Assembly (NCBI GenBank): GCA_964404195.1
Contig: CAYOJC010000010.1
Coordinates: 6,514-70,513, forward strand
DNA: 64,000 bases
Direction of reading: 5' to 3'
DNA from: an uncultured Syntrophobacteraceae bacterium
GTDB taxonomy: Bacteria; Desulfobacterota; Binatia; UBA9968
The notes beneath the pieces were generated by a model. That model searched no databases. It was not told where the DNA came from and saw nothing but the letters and a program-made list of their open reading frames with translations. Position numbers and translations under genes: made by a program. This document shows, one piece after another, positions 1 to 10,677 of this stretch; within the stretch, counting starts at the first letter, position 1; every line of letters begins with the position of its first letter.

Positions 1-16
1 GGCGTTCATGCCGGAC

Positions 17-202
17 TCAACTGAGAGACTGCCTGGTCATAACGCACTCGTTCTGGCGTTCTTCCTGGACGAGACCGAAACCGCCGACCGTGAAGTAAGC
101 CGTGACCACGTCCAGAGAGCGGCCTTTATGCTCGGTCAGCAGACCCTTCAGAATGTCGGCTAGAACGTGAGTCTGGTTGTTGATGACGTAGGGGAGCTTC
201 AT
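17..202 (-). pseudogene. N-terminal remnant of a PLD-domain/SNF2-helicase-type protein
   Basis: MKLPYVINNQTHVLADILKGLL...SLDVVTAYFTVGGF resembles the start (IDN...LDIATAYF) of PLD-helicase fusions found in RM/defence loci; the similarity stops after about 47 aa and the frame closes. Confidence 0.5.
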
Positions 203-242
203 GATAGAAGGGACACGGAGTTTCCAGAACTCCTCGAACCAG

Positions 243-533
243 CTATCCGGTTTGGCTTCGCCGCTTGGGCAACTCGGCGGCACGGATCGTTTTCAATTTA
301 AGCCGGCGGGCAAGAGCGGCTGCCCCTGGCGATGGCCGAGGCGTGATCTCTGTCAGCGGCTGTTTCTTTTCCGCTTTGTAGATCTGAGCTCGAGCGCGAT
401 GGATCCATTCCAGAGACGGATAATCCCATTTTTCTTTTCTGTGCATCTTTTTATTCAGGGCCGATTTCAGATGCTGCGTGGATCGATTGAGCCTTGCGAG
501 GCTTAAAGCCTTCCGTTGCTCCTCTTCGCTCAT
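243..533 (-). CDS. hypothetical protein
   Basis: 96-aa ORF with a 4-bp ATGA overlap with the upstream nucleotidyltransferase gene. Confidence 0.5.
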   Translation of the reverse strand: MSEEEQRKALSLARLNRSTQHLKSALNKKMHRKEKWDYPSLEWIHRARAQIYKAEKKQPLTEITPRPSPGAAALARRLKLKTIRAAELPKRRSQTG

Positions 534-865
534 AACGAGACGCTTTCCCGCTCGATGTTTTGATAAAAAGGCGTCCCCGACTCCTGATTCTGCCGGTATT
601 CCTCGGCGCTCAGGATAGTCGGCGCGAGATTCGTGCCATAGGCCAGATCGACTTCAAGCGACTCCTCGACGATCCGGCGGCAAAGAGCTCGATTCTTCTT
701 TTGCACCACGACCAAAACGTCCAGATCCGACTCCTCCGTCCCCTCGCCGCGCACCCTGGAGCCAAAAAGGCGCAACGATAAAAGGTTCTCTCCAAGCAAG
801 GATTCAAGAGCGTTCTTGAAGCGAACCAATGCTTGTTGTTCTGCTTCGGTCAGAGGTTTTGTCAT
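530..865 (-). CDS. minimal nucleotidyltransferase (MNT/MntA-like antitoxin)
   Basis: LFGSRVRG...ESDLDVLV Pol-beta motif (GS-x10-DxD); 111 aa; RBS GGAGGTG. Confidence 0.9.
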   Translation of the reverse strand: MTKPLTEAEQQALVRFKNALESLLGENLLSLRLFGSRVRGEGTEESDLDVLVVVQKKNRALCRRIVEESLEVDLAYGTNLAPTILSAEEYRQNQESGTPFYQNIERESVSL

Positions 866-1066
866 TGATTTTTCACCTCCGTTTAAATGCTCCCGCAGTC
901 TACCTTCGCTCCGTCAGACGGTCGGTAACAACGGCAACTGTCCGCCCCGAATATAACAGGGATGGCTGAGCAAAACCAAACGACCTTGACGTTCTGAGCC
1001 AGGAGGAAGGATAGCGGAACAGAAAAGATTGCGCTGGAGCGGAATCGTCGGAGCGCATCCGGAGCC

Positions 1067-2914
1067 TTATTGAGACGCCGACTTCAGGGATTGCAGAACG
1101 TCTTCGGCGATTTTCTGGTTGATGAGCGGAACCTTTAAAAGCTCGTCCATCGACGCCTCCTCGATGCGCTTGACGCTGCCGAACGCGCGCAAGAGCGCGC
1201 GCTTGCGCGCGCCGCCGATGCCGGGAATCTTATCCAGCGCCGAATAGAGGGTTTGCCTGGCCCTAACCTTTTTATGATAGGTGATCGCGAAGCGATGCGC
1301 CTCGTCGCGCACGCGCTGGAGCAGAAACAGCGCGTTGGAATTGCGCTTCAGCACGATCGGGTTGCTCTGCCCCGGCAAAAAAACTCTCTCCTCCAGGCGT
1401 TCGATTTCGGCGCTCCGTGGGGCGCGCTCCACGCGCATTTTGGCCAGCCCGGCGACGTCGATGTTTTTTACGCCGAGATCGCGCAGCGCCGAGAGCGCCA
1501 TGCCGAGCTGCCCTTTGCCGCCGTCCACGACGACCAGGTCCGGCAGATCCCCCTCCTCGACGCCGCGGCTGAAGCGGCGCTTGAGCACTTCGTACATCAT
1601 CGCGAAGTCGTCCCCGCCTGCGTCTTCGCTGACCGTGCGGATGCGATAGTGGCGATAATAGCTCTTGTCCTGCTCGCCGTTGATAAACGTCACCATCGAG
1701 CCGACGGCGTGGGCGCCGTGGATGTTGGAAATGTCGTAGCATTCGATCCGCTGCGGATAGTGGCTGAGGCGAAGCTTCTCCTTCAGCTCCAGCAGCATTC
1801 TTTCCCGCTCTTTTTCCTGATCGTGCCGCTCGGCGTAGCTCTGGCGCGCGTTCTGCGCGGCCATCTCGACGAGCCGGCGCTTGTCGCCCCGCTGCGGACA
1901 CGCGATCGAGACTCTTTTGCCTCTGCGCTCGCCCAGATATTCCTCTCGCACTTCGCGGTCGTCGATCTCGACGGGCAACAGAATCTCGTCCGGCACGAAG
2001 CGCTCTCCCTGGTAAAATTGCGTGAGCAGCGATTCGATAATCTCCTCGTCGGGGAATTCAAGGTCTTCCAATGAATAAGCCTGGTTGCCCGTGAGCTTGC
2101 CCTGGCGCACGAAGAGGACCTGGACCTCGATGAAGCCGCCCTCGCGGTAGAGACCGAAGATATCCTGATCGGCGCCCCAGTGGGAGACCATGCGTTGCTT
2201 CTCGACGGTCTTTTCCACCGCCTGGATCTGATCGCGGATCTTGGCGGCCGCCTCGAACTCCAGCGCTTCCGCCTTCTCCTCCATCCGGCGCCTGAGCTCG
2301 TCGATCAGCTCCTGGCGCTTGCCCTCGATGAAGAGAATCGCCTCGCGCAGGTTTTCCTGGTACTCCTTCGAATCCACCGGCAGGACGCAAGGCGCGAGAC
2401 AGCGCTTGATCTGATATTGCAGGCAGGGGCGCGCGCGGTTCTTGAAATTATATTCGGTGCAGTTGCGCAGGAGAAAATGTTTTTCGATGATGTCGAGCGT
2501 CTCGCGCGCCGCAAAAGCCGACGAGTACGGGCCGAAATAGCGGCTGCCGTCTTTGACGATCTTGCGCGTCGCCGTGATCCTCGGCCACGGGTGCTGCACG
2601 TTGATTTTGATGCTGAGATAGCTCTTGTCGTCCTTCAACCGGATGTTGTAGCGCGGCTTGTACTGCTTGATGAGGTTATTTTCCAGGATCAGCGCTTCTT
2701 TCTCATTGCTCGTCACCAGCGTTTCGACATCCCCTACGCGATTCATGAGAAATTGGATCTGTGAGCGCCCCTCTCCGCCCCGGAAATAGGCGCGCACGCG
2801 CGTCCGCACGTTCTTGGCCTTGCCGACGTAGATGACCTTGCCGTGCTGATCGCGCATCAAATAAACGCCGGGCTGCGCGGGCAAGGCGTCGAGTTTTTCT
2901 TCGATCAGGGGCAT
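1067..2914 (-). CDS. uvrC: excinuclease ABC subunit C
   Basis: GIY-YIG N-terminus (PGVYLM..IYVGKAKN), RIECYDISN, DGGKGQL, RDEAHRFA, C-terminal HhH. Confidence 0.99.
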   Translation of the reverse strand: MPLIEEKLDALPAQPGVYLMRDQHGKVIYVGKAKNVRTRVRAYFRGGEGRSQIQFLMNRVGDVETLVTSNEKEALILENNLIKQYKPRYNIRLKDDKSYLSIKINVQHPWPRITATRKIVKDGSRYFGPYSSAFAARETLDIIEKHFLLRNCTEYNFKNRARPCLQYQIKRCLAPCVLPVDSKEYQENLREAILFIEGKRQELIDELRRRMEEKAEALEFEAAAKIRDQIQAVEKTVEKQRMVSHWGADQDIFGLYREGGFIEVQVLFVRQGKLTGNQAYSLEDLEFPDEEIIESLLTQFYQGERFVPDEILLPVEIDDREVREEYLGERRGKRVSIACPQRGDKRRLVEMAAQNARQSYAERHDQEKERERMLLELKEKLRLSHYPQRIECYDISNIHGAHAVGSMVTFINGEQDKSYYRHYRIRTVSEDAGGDDFAMMYEVLKRRFSRGVEEGDLPDLVVVDGGKGQLGMALSALRDLGVKNIDVAGLAKMRVERAPRSAEIERLEERVFLPGQSNPIVLKRNSNALFLLQRVRDEAHRFAITYHKKVRARQTLYSALDKIPGIGGARKRALLRAFGSVKRIEEASMDELLKVPLINQKIAEDVLQSLKSASQ

Positions 2915-3065
2915 CGATTGAATTATAGCAAATGCGCCGGGCTGATCTCCAGCTAAAACAACCGAAGACCTATGGAGCTATCAGAGTAAACCCTTCCTGC
3001 ATCGACCATCTTGACCTGCCGGAGAACAGGGTGTTAGTCTCGGCGGCAAGACGGAGGATCTTGCC

Positions 3066-4049
3066 ATGCGAGTTCCGACGAAGATCTCTTTTTTGCTCGC
3101 TCTTTTCGTTGTCACCGCACCGGCCGCCGCTCAAGAAAAACTGCGGCTCGCCTGGGCGGGATTCAGCCCGACGAACAGTCCGGTCTGGGTCATCGCGGAT
3201 CGGAAAATACTTCAGAAGATGGGTGTCCAGCCGGAAATCATTGCCATCAACGCCAGCCCGACCGTGCTGCAAGCCCTCCTCGCCAACGAAATCGAAGCGG
3301 CCAGTATTTCCGTCACGACCCTTGTGAGCTCGCGTCTTGCCGGCGCCGATTCGGTGATGATGATGGGGGTCGTTCCGACTTTTGTCGATTACATCGTTTC
3401 GTTGTCGAACATCACAGCGGTAGAGCAGCTCAAAGGAAAAACCGCGGGCGTCAATCGCCTGGGAAGCACATCGGACCTCGGGCTCAGGCTCGCGCTCAGA
3501 AAATTGGGCGTCGACCCGGAAAAGGACGTGAAGATAATTCCAGTGGGAGGAACCGCTGAGAGATTTGCTTCACTTTCAAAGGGCGTCATTCAGTTCACGA
3601 TTATACCGGAGCCGTTCTTGACCCAGGCGGAAAGGCTCGGCTTTCGCAATCTTTACAAGATCAGCGATCTGAAGATTCCCTTTTGGTGGAACGGCATTTT
3701 GTCGCGCGAGGCCATCGTCAAAACCAAACGGCCTCTCTTACAAAAACTTGTGCGCGCGATGATCGAGGCGATTCATATCATAAAAACCGAAAAGGAATAC
3801 GCCAAGGCGATTTTCAAGAAGAACTTAGGCATTGCCGATCCGGAGGGGCTGGAGCGGGCGTACCGGGATTATTCCAACGCTTTTCCGGAAGTTCCCTACC
3901 CCACTCCAGAGGGCGTTAAGACCATGCTCGACGATCTCGCGCCGCGCGATCCCAGGGCCGCGGCGGCGGATCCGAAAGCGTTCGTCGACCCAAGTTTTGT
4001 GAGAGAGCTGGATGCCTCCGGCTTTATTAAACAGCTCTACAGGAAATAG
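3066..4049 (+). CDS. ABC transporter substrate-binding protein (SsuA/NMT1-like)
   Basis: signal peptide, LKGK..GV.R.GS..D motif, GVDPEKDV; paralog of 4570..5559. Confidence 0.9.
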   Translation: MRVPTKISFLLALFVVTAPAAAQEKLRLAWAGFSPTNSPVWVIADRKILQKMGVQPEIIAINASPTVLQALLANEIEAASISVTTLVSSRLAGADSVMMMGVVPTFVDYIVSLSNITAVEQLKGKTAGVNRLGSTSDLGLRLALRKLGVDPEKDVKIIPVGGTAERFASLSKGVIQFTIIPEPFLTQAERLGFRNLYKISDLKIPFWWNGILSREAIVKTKRPLLQKLVRAMIEAIHIIKTEKEYAKAIFKKNLGIADPEGLERAYRDYSNAFPEVPYPTPEGVKTMLDDLAPRDPRAAAADPKAFVDPSFVRELDASGFIKQLYRK

Positions 4050-4111
4050 GCGAAGCGGAACACCTTCGGCAGATTCTTATCTTCAGGCAAAACAATCCAG
4101 AAACGGCAGCA

Positions 4112-4156
4112 CCCTCACCCCTTCCCTCTCCCTCTGGGAGAGGGCGAGGGTGAGGG
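4112..4156. repeat. REP-like palindrome CCCTCACCC..CCCTCTCCC-n-GGGAGAGGG..GGGTGAGGG
   Basis: imperfect inverted repeat; related copies at 5581 and 26185. Confidence 0.85.
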
Positions 4157-4194
4157 AATCTGGTTTTGACAGCTGAGGATGCGGCCCAGGCCGC

Positions 4195-4413
4195 TCAGTC
4201 CTTGGTGCGCACGAGGAGCAGCACCGCGCCAATGACGATCGCTCCTACACCCGCCCATTGGGGAACATTTACGGTCTCTTTCTCCTTGACCGACAACTCC
4301 AGCGGCCCGATCTTCGCCTCGTGGGTCTCCTTGGTGTAACTGAAGCTGCCGTATACCAGTCCGAGGACGCCGGCCACGATCAGGATAATTGCCAAGATTC
4401 TGATTGGATTCAT
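4195..4413 (-). CDS. small two-TM membrane protein (DUF3185-like)
   Basis: 72 aa, two hydrophobic helices flanking FSYTKETHEAKIGPLELSV; RBS GGAGGTG. Confidence 0.85.
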   Translation of the reverse strand: MNPIRILAIILIVAGVLGLVYGSFSYTKETHEAKIGPLELSVKEKETVNVPQWAGVGAIVIGAVLLLVRTKD

Positions 4414-4569
4414 ATCTATCCACCTCCAGAAAGTTTATGCGTCGCCGCGAAAAGCACTTATAGCACAAGGTCCAAGCGCCGCCTAATGCAAAATTTAGTG
4501 GAATCCAACCTTGACCTCGTTCGAGCCAAAATGTTAGCTTTCCCCCATGCTGATCAAGGAGGATAATTC

Positions 4570-5559
4570 ATGCGAAGAAAAGCTCTAATCGCGCTCCTCG
4601 CCCTGGCCGCGGTTCTCATGTCTCGAACGTCGATCCTCGCTCAAGACAAAATCCGTATCGCCTGGGCGGGAGACAGCCCCGCCAATAGCCCAATCTGGGT
4701 GGTTCAGGAAAAAGGCTTGCTGAAGAAGCACGGCTTGACCCCCGAAGTCATCCGCATCTCCGCCAGTCCCATAGCGCTGCAAGCAATGTTGGCCGGCGAA
4801 GTGGACGTGATCGTTACTTCGGTCACTACCCTGGCAAGCTCCCGGCTGGCCGGCGCGGACATTGTGATGGTGCTCGGCATGGTTCCCACTTTCGTCGATC
4901 ACATTATCTCCCTGCCGTCGATCGCCGGCGTGGAACAACTCAAGGGAAAGATGGGCGGCGTCAATCGTCTCGGCAGCACCTCGGACCTGGGACTCCGGCT
5001 CGCTTTGAGAAAGCTCGGTGTCGATCCGGAAAAAGACGTCCAGATCATCACGGCCGGAGGAAATCCGGAACGCTTCGCGGCGCTCTCTAAAAGCATCGTT
5101 CAATTCACGATCATGCCCGAACCGTTCGTGCGGGAGGCGGAGAAGCTGGGGTTTAAAGACCTGCTCGATATCGGCTCGTTGAAGATCCCGTTTTGGTGGA
5201 ACGCGGTGCTGACGCGCGAAAGCATCATCAAGGCCAAGCGTCCTCTGCTGGCTAAATTCGCGCGCGGCATGATGGAGGCGGTCCACTTCATCAAGACGGA
5301 GAAGGAAGGCGCGAAGGCGATCTTCAGCAAGAATCTGCGAATCACCGACCCTGAGAGCCTGGAGCGCGCGTGGAAGGCATACAACACGGTCTTTCCCGAA
5401 AATCTCATGCCCACCCCGGACGGCGTAAAGACGATGCTCGACGATCTCGCGCCGCGCAATCCCAAAGCGGCCGCGGCCGATCCGAAAGCATTCGTCGATA
5501 TGAGCCTGGCACAGGAGATCGAGGCTTCGGGATTTCTCAAGCAATTGTATAAGCGATGA
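4570..5559 (+). CDS. ABC transporter substrate-binding protein (SsuA/NMT1-like)
   Basis: signal peptide; long identical blocks with 3066..4049 (GVNRLGSTSDLGLRLALRKLGVDPEKDV, LKIPFWWN). Confidence 0.9.
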   Translation: MRRKALIALLALAAVLMSRTSILAQDKIRIAWAGDSPANSPIWVVQEKGLLKKHGLTPEVIRISASPIALQAMLAGEVDVIVTSVTTLASSRLAGADIVMVLGMVPTFVDHIISLPSIAGVEQLKGKMGGVNRLGSTSDLGLRLALRKLGVDPEKDVQIITAGGNPERFAALSKSIVQFTIMPEPFVREAEKLGFKDLLDIGSLKIPFWWNAVLTRESIIKAKRPLLAKFARGMMEAVHFIKTEKEGAKAIFSKNLRITDPESLERAWKAYNTVFPENLMPTPDGVKTMLDDLAPRNPKAAAADPKAFVDMSLAQEIEASGFLKQLYKR

Positions 5560-5580
5560 GCTTCCAGCCAAGTTCGAAGT

Positions 5581-5624
5581 CCCTCACCCAACCCTCTCCC
5601 TCAGGGAGAGGGCAAGGGTGAGGG
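5581..5624. repeat. REP-like palindrome (second copy)
   Basis: ccctcacccaaccctctccc-tca-gggagagggcaagggtgaggg. Confidence 0.85.
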
Positions 5625-5678
5625 TTTGCAGATTGCTGATAGCTGACCGCTGACGGCGTTCCGAAAGAGGCAATAACA

Positions 5679-6497
5679 ATGGCAACCAGCGTGGATGAAC
5701 ATCCGGGACTGCGGCCGGGGCTTGGAAGACTTCACGGAAGAGTGGCCGTCGTCACCGGCGCCAACAGCGGCATCGGCCGCGCCACCGCGCGCCTCTTCGC
5801 GCGCGAGGGGGCCAAAGTCGTCTGCTGCGACATTCAGGAGACGACCAGCCCGAGAATCGACAAACTCATCGAGCAGGACAGCGGCGAGGCCCTTTTCGCC
5901 CGCGTCGATGTGACGGTTCAGGCCGATTGCGATCGCATGGTTGCAACGGCGCTGGAACGCTTCGGCGATTTGCATATTCTCTTCAACAACGCGGGCGGCG
6001 GAATCAGGAAAAAAATTCACGAGCACACCGACGACGAATGGAACTTCATCGTGAATTTGAACCTGAACGGCCTCTTCCGCGGCGTGCGCGCCGCGATCCC
6101 CCACTTTCTGAAAATGGGGCGAGGCAACATCGTCAACACGGCTTCGACTTTCGGGCTCTTGGCAAGCGAGAAATATCCGGCCTACTGCGCGACAAAGGCG
6201 GCAATCATAAACCTCACGCGCCAGATGGCGCTCGACTACGGCACGAGCGGAATCAGAGTGAACTGCGTCTGCCCCGGCAGCGTCGAGACCGCGCGCTTTC
6301 GCGGCGTTCCTCCGCGGCCGACGCCGGAATTTACCGACGAGCAGCGCGCGCGAATGGCCGCCAGCAACAAAGCGCTGCTGCGAATGGGAAAGCCGGAAGA
6401 GATCGCCTACGGAGTCTTGTTTCTCGCTTCGGACGAATCGTCGTTCGTCACCGGCCACGCCCTCGTGCTCGACGGCGGCCAGACCATCGACGCGTGA
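5679..6497 (+). CDS. SDR family NAD(P)-dependent oxidoreductase
   Basis: TGANSGIG, NNAG, YCATK (YxxxK), VNCVCPG. Confidence 0.95.
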   Translation: MATSVDEHPGLRPGLGRLHGRVAVVTGANSGIGRATARLFAREGAKVVCCDIQETTSPRIDKLIEQDSGEALFARVDVTVQADCDRMVATALERFGDLHILFNNAGGGIRKKIHEHTDDEWNFIVNLNLNGLFRGVRAAIPHFLKMGRGNIVNTASTFGLLASEKYPAYCATKAAIINLTRQMALDYGTSGIRVNCVCPGSVETARFRGVPPRPTPEFTDEQRARMAASNKALLRMGKPEEIAYGVLFLASDESSFVTGHALVLDGGQTIDA

Positions 6498-6526
6498 GGC
6501 GGCGGGGTCAACGACTTGTCACTCGG

Positions 6527-6637
6527 CAAGGCGGTTATTTCATTCGGGCCGACGGCCGCCAGTTGGGCAACGGTGTCGAAATAGCTTGCGCCGACCGACC
6601 TCTGATGCTTGACGGCGTCGTAGCCCAGCGGCTCCAG
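6527..6637 (-). pseudogene. aceA: C-terminal remnant of isocitrate lyase
   Basis: startless minus-strand frame LEPLGYDAVKHQRSVGASYFDTVAQLAAVGPNEITAL resembles the ICL C-terminus GYxAVKHQREVGxGYFD...TTAL. Confidence 0.65.
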
Positions 6638-6660
6638 TAACCGGCGCCATCGTCACGGGC

Positions 6661-7233
6661 TCAAATGTCCGGGCTCTTGGCGTCCTCTATGATCGCCTTG
6701 AGGATGTCCTTGAGACGGCCTTTGTGCATGAACGGGCGGTCGCCGAGAAATTCGATATCGTCCACGAGCCAACGCTCCCCTTCTCGGATTACGAACACTC
6801 GATCTTTCCAGGCGAACTTGGAATTGTTGCGGTCATCGACGCTGGTCAGCTCGGCCTCGCACGTGGCCGACGTGTTTTGAATTTCGCATTGCAACGTCTT
6901 GTACGACAGCGCCCCCTGGTCCAACGAGCTGAACAGATCGCCCTCGATCCTGGTTTCTCTGAAAGAACTTTCTTCGCCTGTCGATGCCGCATCTAAGAGA
7001 CCCGCCAGACCGATCGATATCACCTTCTTGAATTCCACCTGCTGCTCCTTGGTCGGCACGCCCGACGGACGAATCTTCATATAAACATCGTAAAAGGAAC
7101 TCACCGCGTTCTTAGCCTGACGCTCCTCGCTGGGCCGCCAGCAAGCGGCGCAGGCAAGCAGCAACGCCGCGGCGCACCCGACCGTCCATCCGAAGCTGAC
7201 AACCGACCGCCGATTGCAAATGGCTGTTTTCAT
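6661..7233 (-). CDS. putative lipoprotein (DUF3828/YbjP-like)
   Basis: lipobox-like LACAAC, GDLFSSL, W.D...[11 protein letters not shown]; ATGA overlap with uvrB. Confidence 0.75.
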   Translation of the reverse strand: MKTAICNRRSVVSFGWTVGCAAALLLACAACWRPSEERQAKNAVSSFYDVYMKIRPSGVPTKEQQVEFKKVISIGLAGLLDAASTGEESSFRETRIEGDLFSSLDQGALSYKTLQCEIQNTSATCEAELTSVDDRNNSKFAWKDRVFVIREGERWLVDDIEFLGDRPFMHKGRLKDILKAIIEDAKSPDI

Positions 7234-9269
7234 CCCTCCGCTCCCCGCGCCAGCAGCGGGTTCTTCAAGCCCAATTCCCGCTCTTCGATCCGGCGGATCC
7301 GGTCGCGCAACTCCGCGGCCTTCTCGAACTCCAGGCTCGCCGCGGCTTGTTTCATTTGTTTTCTAAGGCGCTCGAGCAGCCGCGGGTCCTCCTTGCGATC
7401 GTAGCTCTTCGCCTGCTCCGCAGCCAACGGCACCGTAAGATAGTCGGCTTCGTAGACTTCCACAAGCGGCGTGCCCAGAGACCGGACGACTGTCTGCGGC
7501 GTGATTCCGTGCTTCTTGTTGTAGTCGGCTTGCAGGAGGCGACGCCGATTGGTTTCGTCCATGGCACGCTTCATCGAGTCCGTCACCGAATCGGCATAGA
7601 GCGTCACGCTGCCGTTCACGTTCCGGGCGGCCCGGCCGATCGTCTGGATCAGCGAGCGCTCCGAGCGCAGAAATCCTTCCTTGTCGGCGTCGAGAATCGC
7701 CACCAGCGACACTTCGGGAATGTCCAATCCCTCGCGCAATAAATTGATTCCCACCAGAACGTCGAACACCCCCTTTCTCAGATCGCGGATGATCTCCACG
7801 CGTTCGAGCGTTTCGATATCCGAATGCAGGTAGCGCACCTTGACGTTCAGGTCCTGATAGTAGTCGGTCAGGTCTTCGGCCATCCGCTTGGTCAGCGTCG
7901 TCACCAGGACCCGCTCCTTTTTCTCCGTCCGCGTGCGGATCTGTTCGAGCAGATCGTCCACCTGGTTGCGCGCCGGCCGCACGGTGACTTCCGGGTCGAT
8001 CAGCCCGGTCGGCCGGATGACCTGCTCGACCATGACACGCCCGCTTTTTTCGATCTCGTAGTTCGCCGGCGTCGCCGACACATAGATCGCCTGGCGCACC
8101 TTCGACTCGAACTCAGCGAAATTCAGCGGGCGGTTGTCGAGCGCCGACGGCAGGCGGAAGCCGTATTCCACCAGCGTTTCTTTACGCGAACGGTCGCCGC
8201 GGTACATGCCGCCGATCTGCGGCACCGTCACGTGGCTCTCGTCGATGAAGAGCAGGAAGTCGTCGGGAAAATAGCTGATCAGCGTGGGCGGCGGAGCGCC
8301 GGGATTGCGGCCCGTGAGATGGCGCGAATAATTTTCGATGCCGGGACAGAAGCCCATTTCGTCCAGCAGCTCCAGATCGTAGAGCGTTCTCTGCTCCAGC
8401 CGCTGCGCCTCGAGCAACTTGTTCTGCGAGCGCAGCTCGGCGAGCCGTTCCGTAAGCTCGGCGCGAATGCCCACGACCGCCAGCTTCATTCTCTCGGTCG
8501 TCGTGACGTAATGGCTCGCGGGATAGATCGTCGCTTTGCCGACGCGCCGCTGCGCCTTGCCGCGTATCGGATCGATCTCGACCAATCCCTCGATCCGGTC
8601 GCCGAAAAACTCGATGCGCACGGCAGAGCTGTCTTCATAGGACGGAAAAACTTCGACGACGTCGCCCCGCACCCGGAAGGTGCCGCGGTGAAAGTCGTAG
8701 TCGCTCCTCTGATAGTGGATATCCACGAGCTTTCTGAGCACGCGGTCGCGCTCGATCTCCATCCCCTCTTCCAGATAGACCATCAGGTCGAAGTACGCTT
8801 CCGGCGAGCCCAGGCCGTAGATGCACGATACGCTCGCCACGATGATCGAGTCGCGCCGCTCGAGCAGCGCCTTGGTCGCGGAATGGCGCAGCTTGTCGAT
8901 CTCGTCGTTGATAGCGGAGTCCTTTTCGATGTAGGTGTCCGTCGACGGAAGGTACGCCTCCGGCTGGTAATAGTCGTAGTAGCTGACGAAGTAGCGCACG
9001 GCGTTCTGCGGAAACAGCTCTTTGAATTCGTTGTAGAGTTGCGCGGCGAGCGTTTTGTTGGGCGCGATCACGAGCGCCGGCTTGTTCACGCGCGCGATCA
9101 CGTTGGCCATCGTGAAGGTCTTGCCGGAGCCGGTCACTCCCAGGAGGACCTGGTAGCGTTTCCCTTGCTCGACGCCCAGGGCGAGTTTGTCGATCGCCTG
9201 AGGCTGGTCTCCCTGCGGTTGAAAGTCGGAGACGATCTCGAAACGGCCTTCTTTGCGCTCCAGCGTCAT
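7230..9269 (-). CDS. uvrB: excinuclease ABC subunit B
   Basis: [32 protein letters not shown]-terminal UVR; start taken at ATG 9269. Confidence 0.99.
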   Translation of the reverse strand: MTLERKEGRFEIVSDFQPQGDQPQAIDKLALGVEQGKRYQVLLGVTGSGKTFTMANVIARVNKPALVIAPNKTLAAQLYNEFKELFPQNAVRYFVSYYDYYQPEAYLPSTDTYIEKDSAINDEIDKLRHSATKALLERRDSIIVASVSCIYGLGSPEAYFDLMVYLEEGMEIERDRVLRKLVDIHYQRSDYDFHRGTFRVRGDVVEVFPSYEDSSAVRIEFFGDRIEGLVEIDPIRGKAQRRVGKATIYPASHYVTTTERMKLAVVGIRAELTERLAELRSQNKLLEAQRLEQRTLYDLELLDEMGFCPGIENYSRHLTGRNPGAPPPTLISYFPDDFLLFIDESHVTVPQIGGMYRGDRSRKETLVEYGFRLPSALDNRPLNFAEFESKVRQAIYVSATPANYEIEKSGRVMVEQVIRPTGLIDPEVTVRPARNQVDDLLEQIRTRTEKKERVLVTTLTKRMAEDLTDYYQDLNVKVRYLHSDIETLERVEIIRDLRKGVFDVLVGINLLREGLDIPEVSLVAILDADKEGFLRSERSLIQTIGRAARNVNGSVTLYADSVTDSMKRAMDETNRRRLLQADYNKKHGITPQTVVRSLGTPLVEVYEADYLTVPLAAEQAKSYDRKEDPRLLERLRKQMKQAAASLEFEKAAELRDRIRRIEERELGLKNPLLARGAEG

Positions 9270-9395
9270 GGGGAAAAAATACCAGGGACGCAGCAAGGGA
9301 GCAAGCTTGCAAGTCTACAGCGAAAAGATTACCGTTGATCCGTCATCTTTGTCGGAGCAAATCGTTCACTTCAGGCCTGGGAATTTGGGGGAATC

Positions 9396-10403
9396 ATGCG
9401 AACGTCCTGCAATTTGAAAGTCGGCGCGATCGTCGGCGCGATTTTACTTTGGTTCTCTTCAACGGCCCCCGCCGCCGAGCTAAAAAAGGTCCGGCTCGCC
9501 TACGTCGGCTGGGAGGTCGGCGCCGCGATATCCTACGTCGGGATCGACGGGGGCATCTTCAAACAAAACGGCATCGAGGTCGAAGAGATTTTCATCCGCG
9601 ATCAGCTCGCCGGCGGCGTCCAGTCGTTGATCGGCGCCGATTTCATGATCGGCTTCGGCAATCCACTGGCCATCGTCCAGCCGGTTTTGGCCGGCTCGGA
9701 CCTCGTCTCGCTCTGCGCGCACGTGAGCGTGGAACCCTACGGCATGGCGGTAGCTCCCAACATCGGGAAAGTCGCGGAGCTCAAAGGGAAGCGGGTCGGC
9801 GTCTCCGAACTCGGCGGCAGATCCGACCTGATCGCGCGCGTCATGCTGCGCCGCGCCGGACTTGACCCGGTCAAAGACGTCGAGATCGTCTCCGCCGGGC
9901 TGGCGCCCAACCGGATCATGGCGCTGTCGAAAGATCTCATCCAGGGCGCGCCGCTGAATCAGCAATTTGCCGCCGAGGCCAAGCGACTCGGAGTCAAGAT
10001 CATCGACGTCAAGGATATACCCACGGTCACCGCGCTCCTGCTAACAACGCGGTCGTTCATCAAGAGAGACGAGGAAACGGTGCGGCGCTTCGTAAAGGCA
10101 TACGTGGAGGCGATTCATTTCTATCTCACCCGCCGCGCCGAAACCATCGCCATCATCAAGAAATATTTCAGCGGGGCCAACCCGGCCGCGCTGGAGACGA
10201 TGTATCAGGCCTTTGCCGCGCAACTGCAGCCGCTGCCTCTTCCCGACAAGGAAGCGACTCAAGCGATGATCGACACCGTCGCCGTCATCGATCCGAAATC
10301 CAAAAACCTGAAGCCGGCCGACCTTTTCGAATCGCGCTTTCTGGACGAACTCAAAGCCAACGGCTTCATGGAAAAGCTCTACGCGGAAAAAGTCAGCCTG
10401 TAA
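9396..10403 (+). CDS. ABC transporter substrate-binding protein (SsuA/NMT1-like)
   Basis: signal peptide, LKGKRVGV..LGG.SD, GLDPVKDV. Confidence 0.9.
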   Translation: MRTSCNLKVGAIVGAILLWFSSTAPAAELKKVRLAYVGWEVGAAISYVGIDGGIFKQNGIEVEEIFIRDQLAGGVQSLIGADFMIGFGNPLAIVQPVLAGSDLVSLCAHVSVEPYGMAVAPNIGKVAELKGKRVGVSELGGRSDLIARVMLRRAGLDPVKDVEIVSAGLAPNRIMALSKDLIQGAPLNQQFAAEAKRLGVKIIDVKDIPTVTALLLTTRSFIKRDEETVRRFVKAYVEAIHFYLTRRAETIAIIKKYFSGANPAALETMYQAFAAQLQPLPLPDKEATQAMIDTVAVIDPKSKNLKPADLFESRFLDELKANGFMEKLYAEKVSL

Positions 10404-10535
10404 TTGAAAGCGTTGGTTTTCTTTGCTATCTGCCGGCCGCGGTTTCACAGAAGTGCCTCTCCGTTAGAGGTACAGCGCCAAACCTATCATCGCTTACCAG
10501 AGCAAGTCGCTCGTTCAGCGGCTCTTGGGTCGGTA

Positions 10536-10633
10536 GGTGAACCAGTCGTTGCGGCGACACGCCACGTGCGCAGGTGGCCGTCTTCGGCGCGCGTAGGCTG
10601 TGGGGCACGCCACTGAACTCAGATCCGTTATAC
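10536..10633 (+). other. degenerate integron attC site (attC1)
   Basis: GGTGAAC-cagtcgttgcggcgac...gccactgaactcagatcc-GTTATAC, directly after the stop of a startless ORF tail (...SLVQRLLGR*). Confidence 0.55.
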
Positions 10634-10677
10634 GGTCGGCGCTTCTATTGTAGTTGACACTGCGATAAACTGCTTTT

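Noticed and set aside
7824-9338. 504-aa antisense ORF over uvrB (and similar long shadow ORFs over uvrC, kdpB, kdpD)
   Set aside because: Typical antisense frames of high-GC genes with no recognisable motifs
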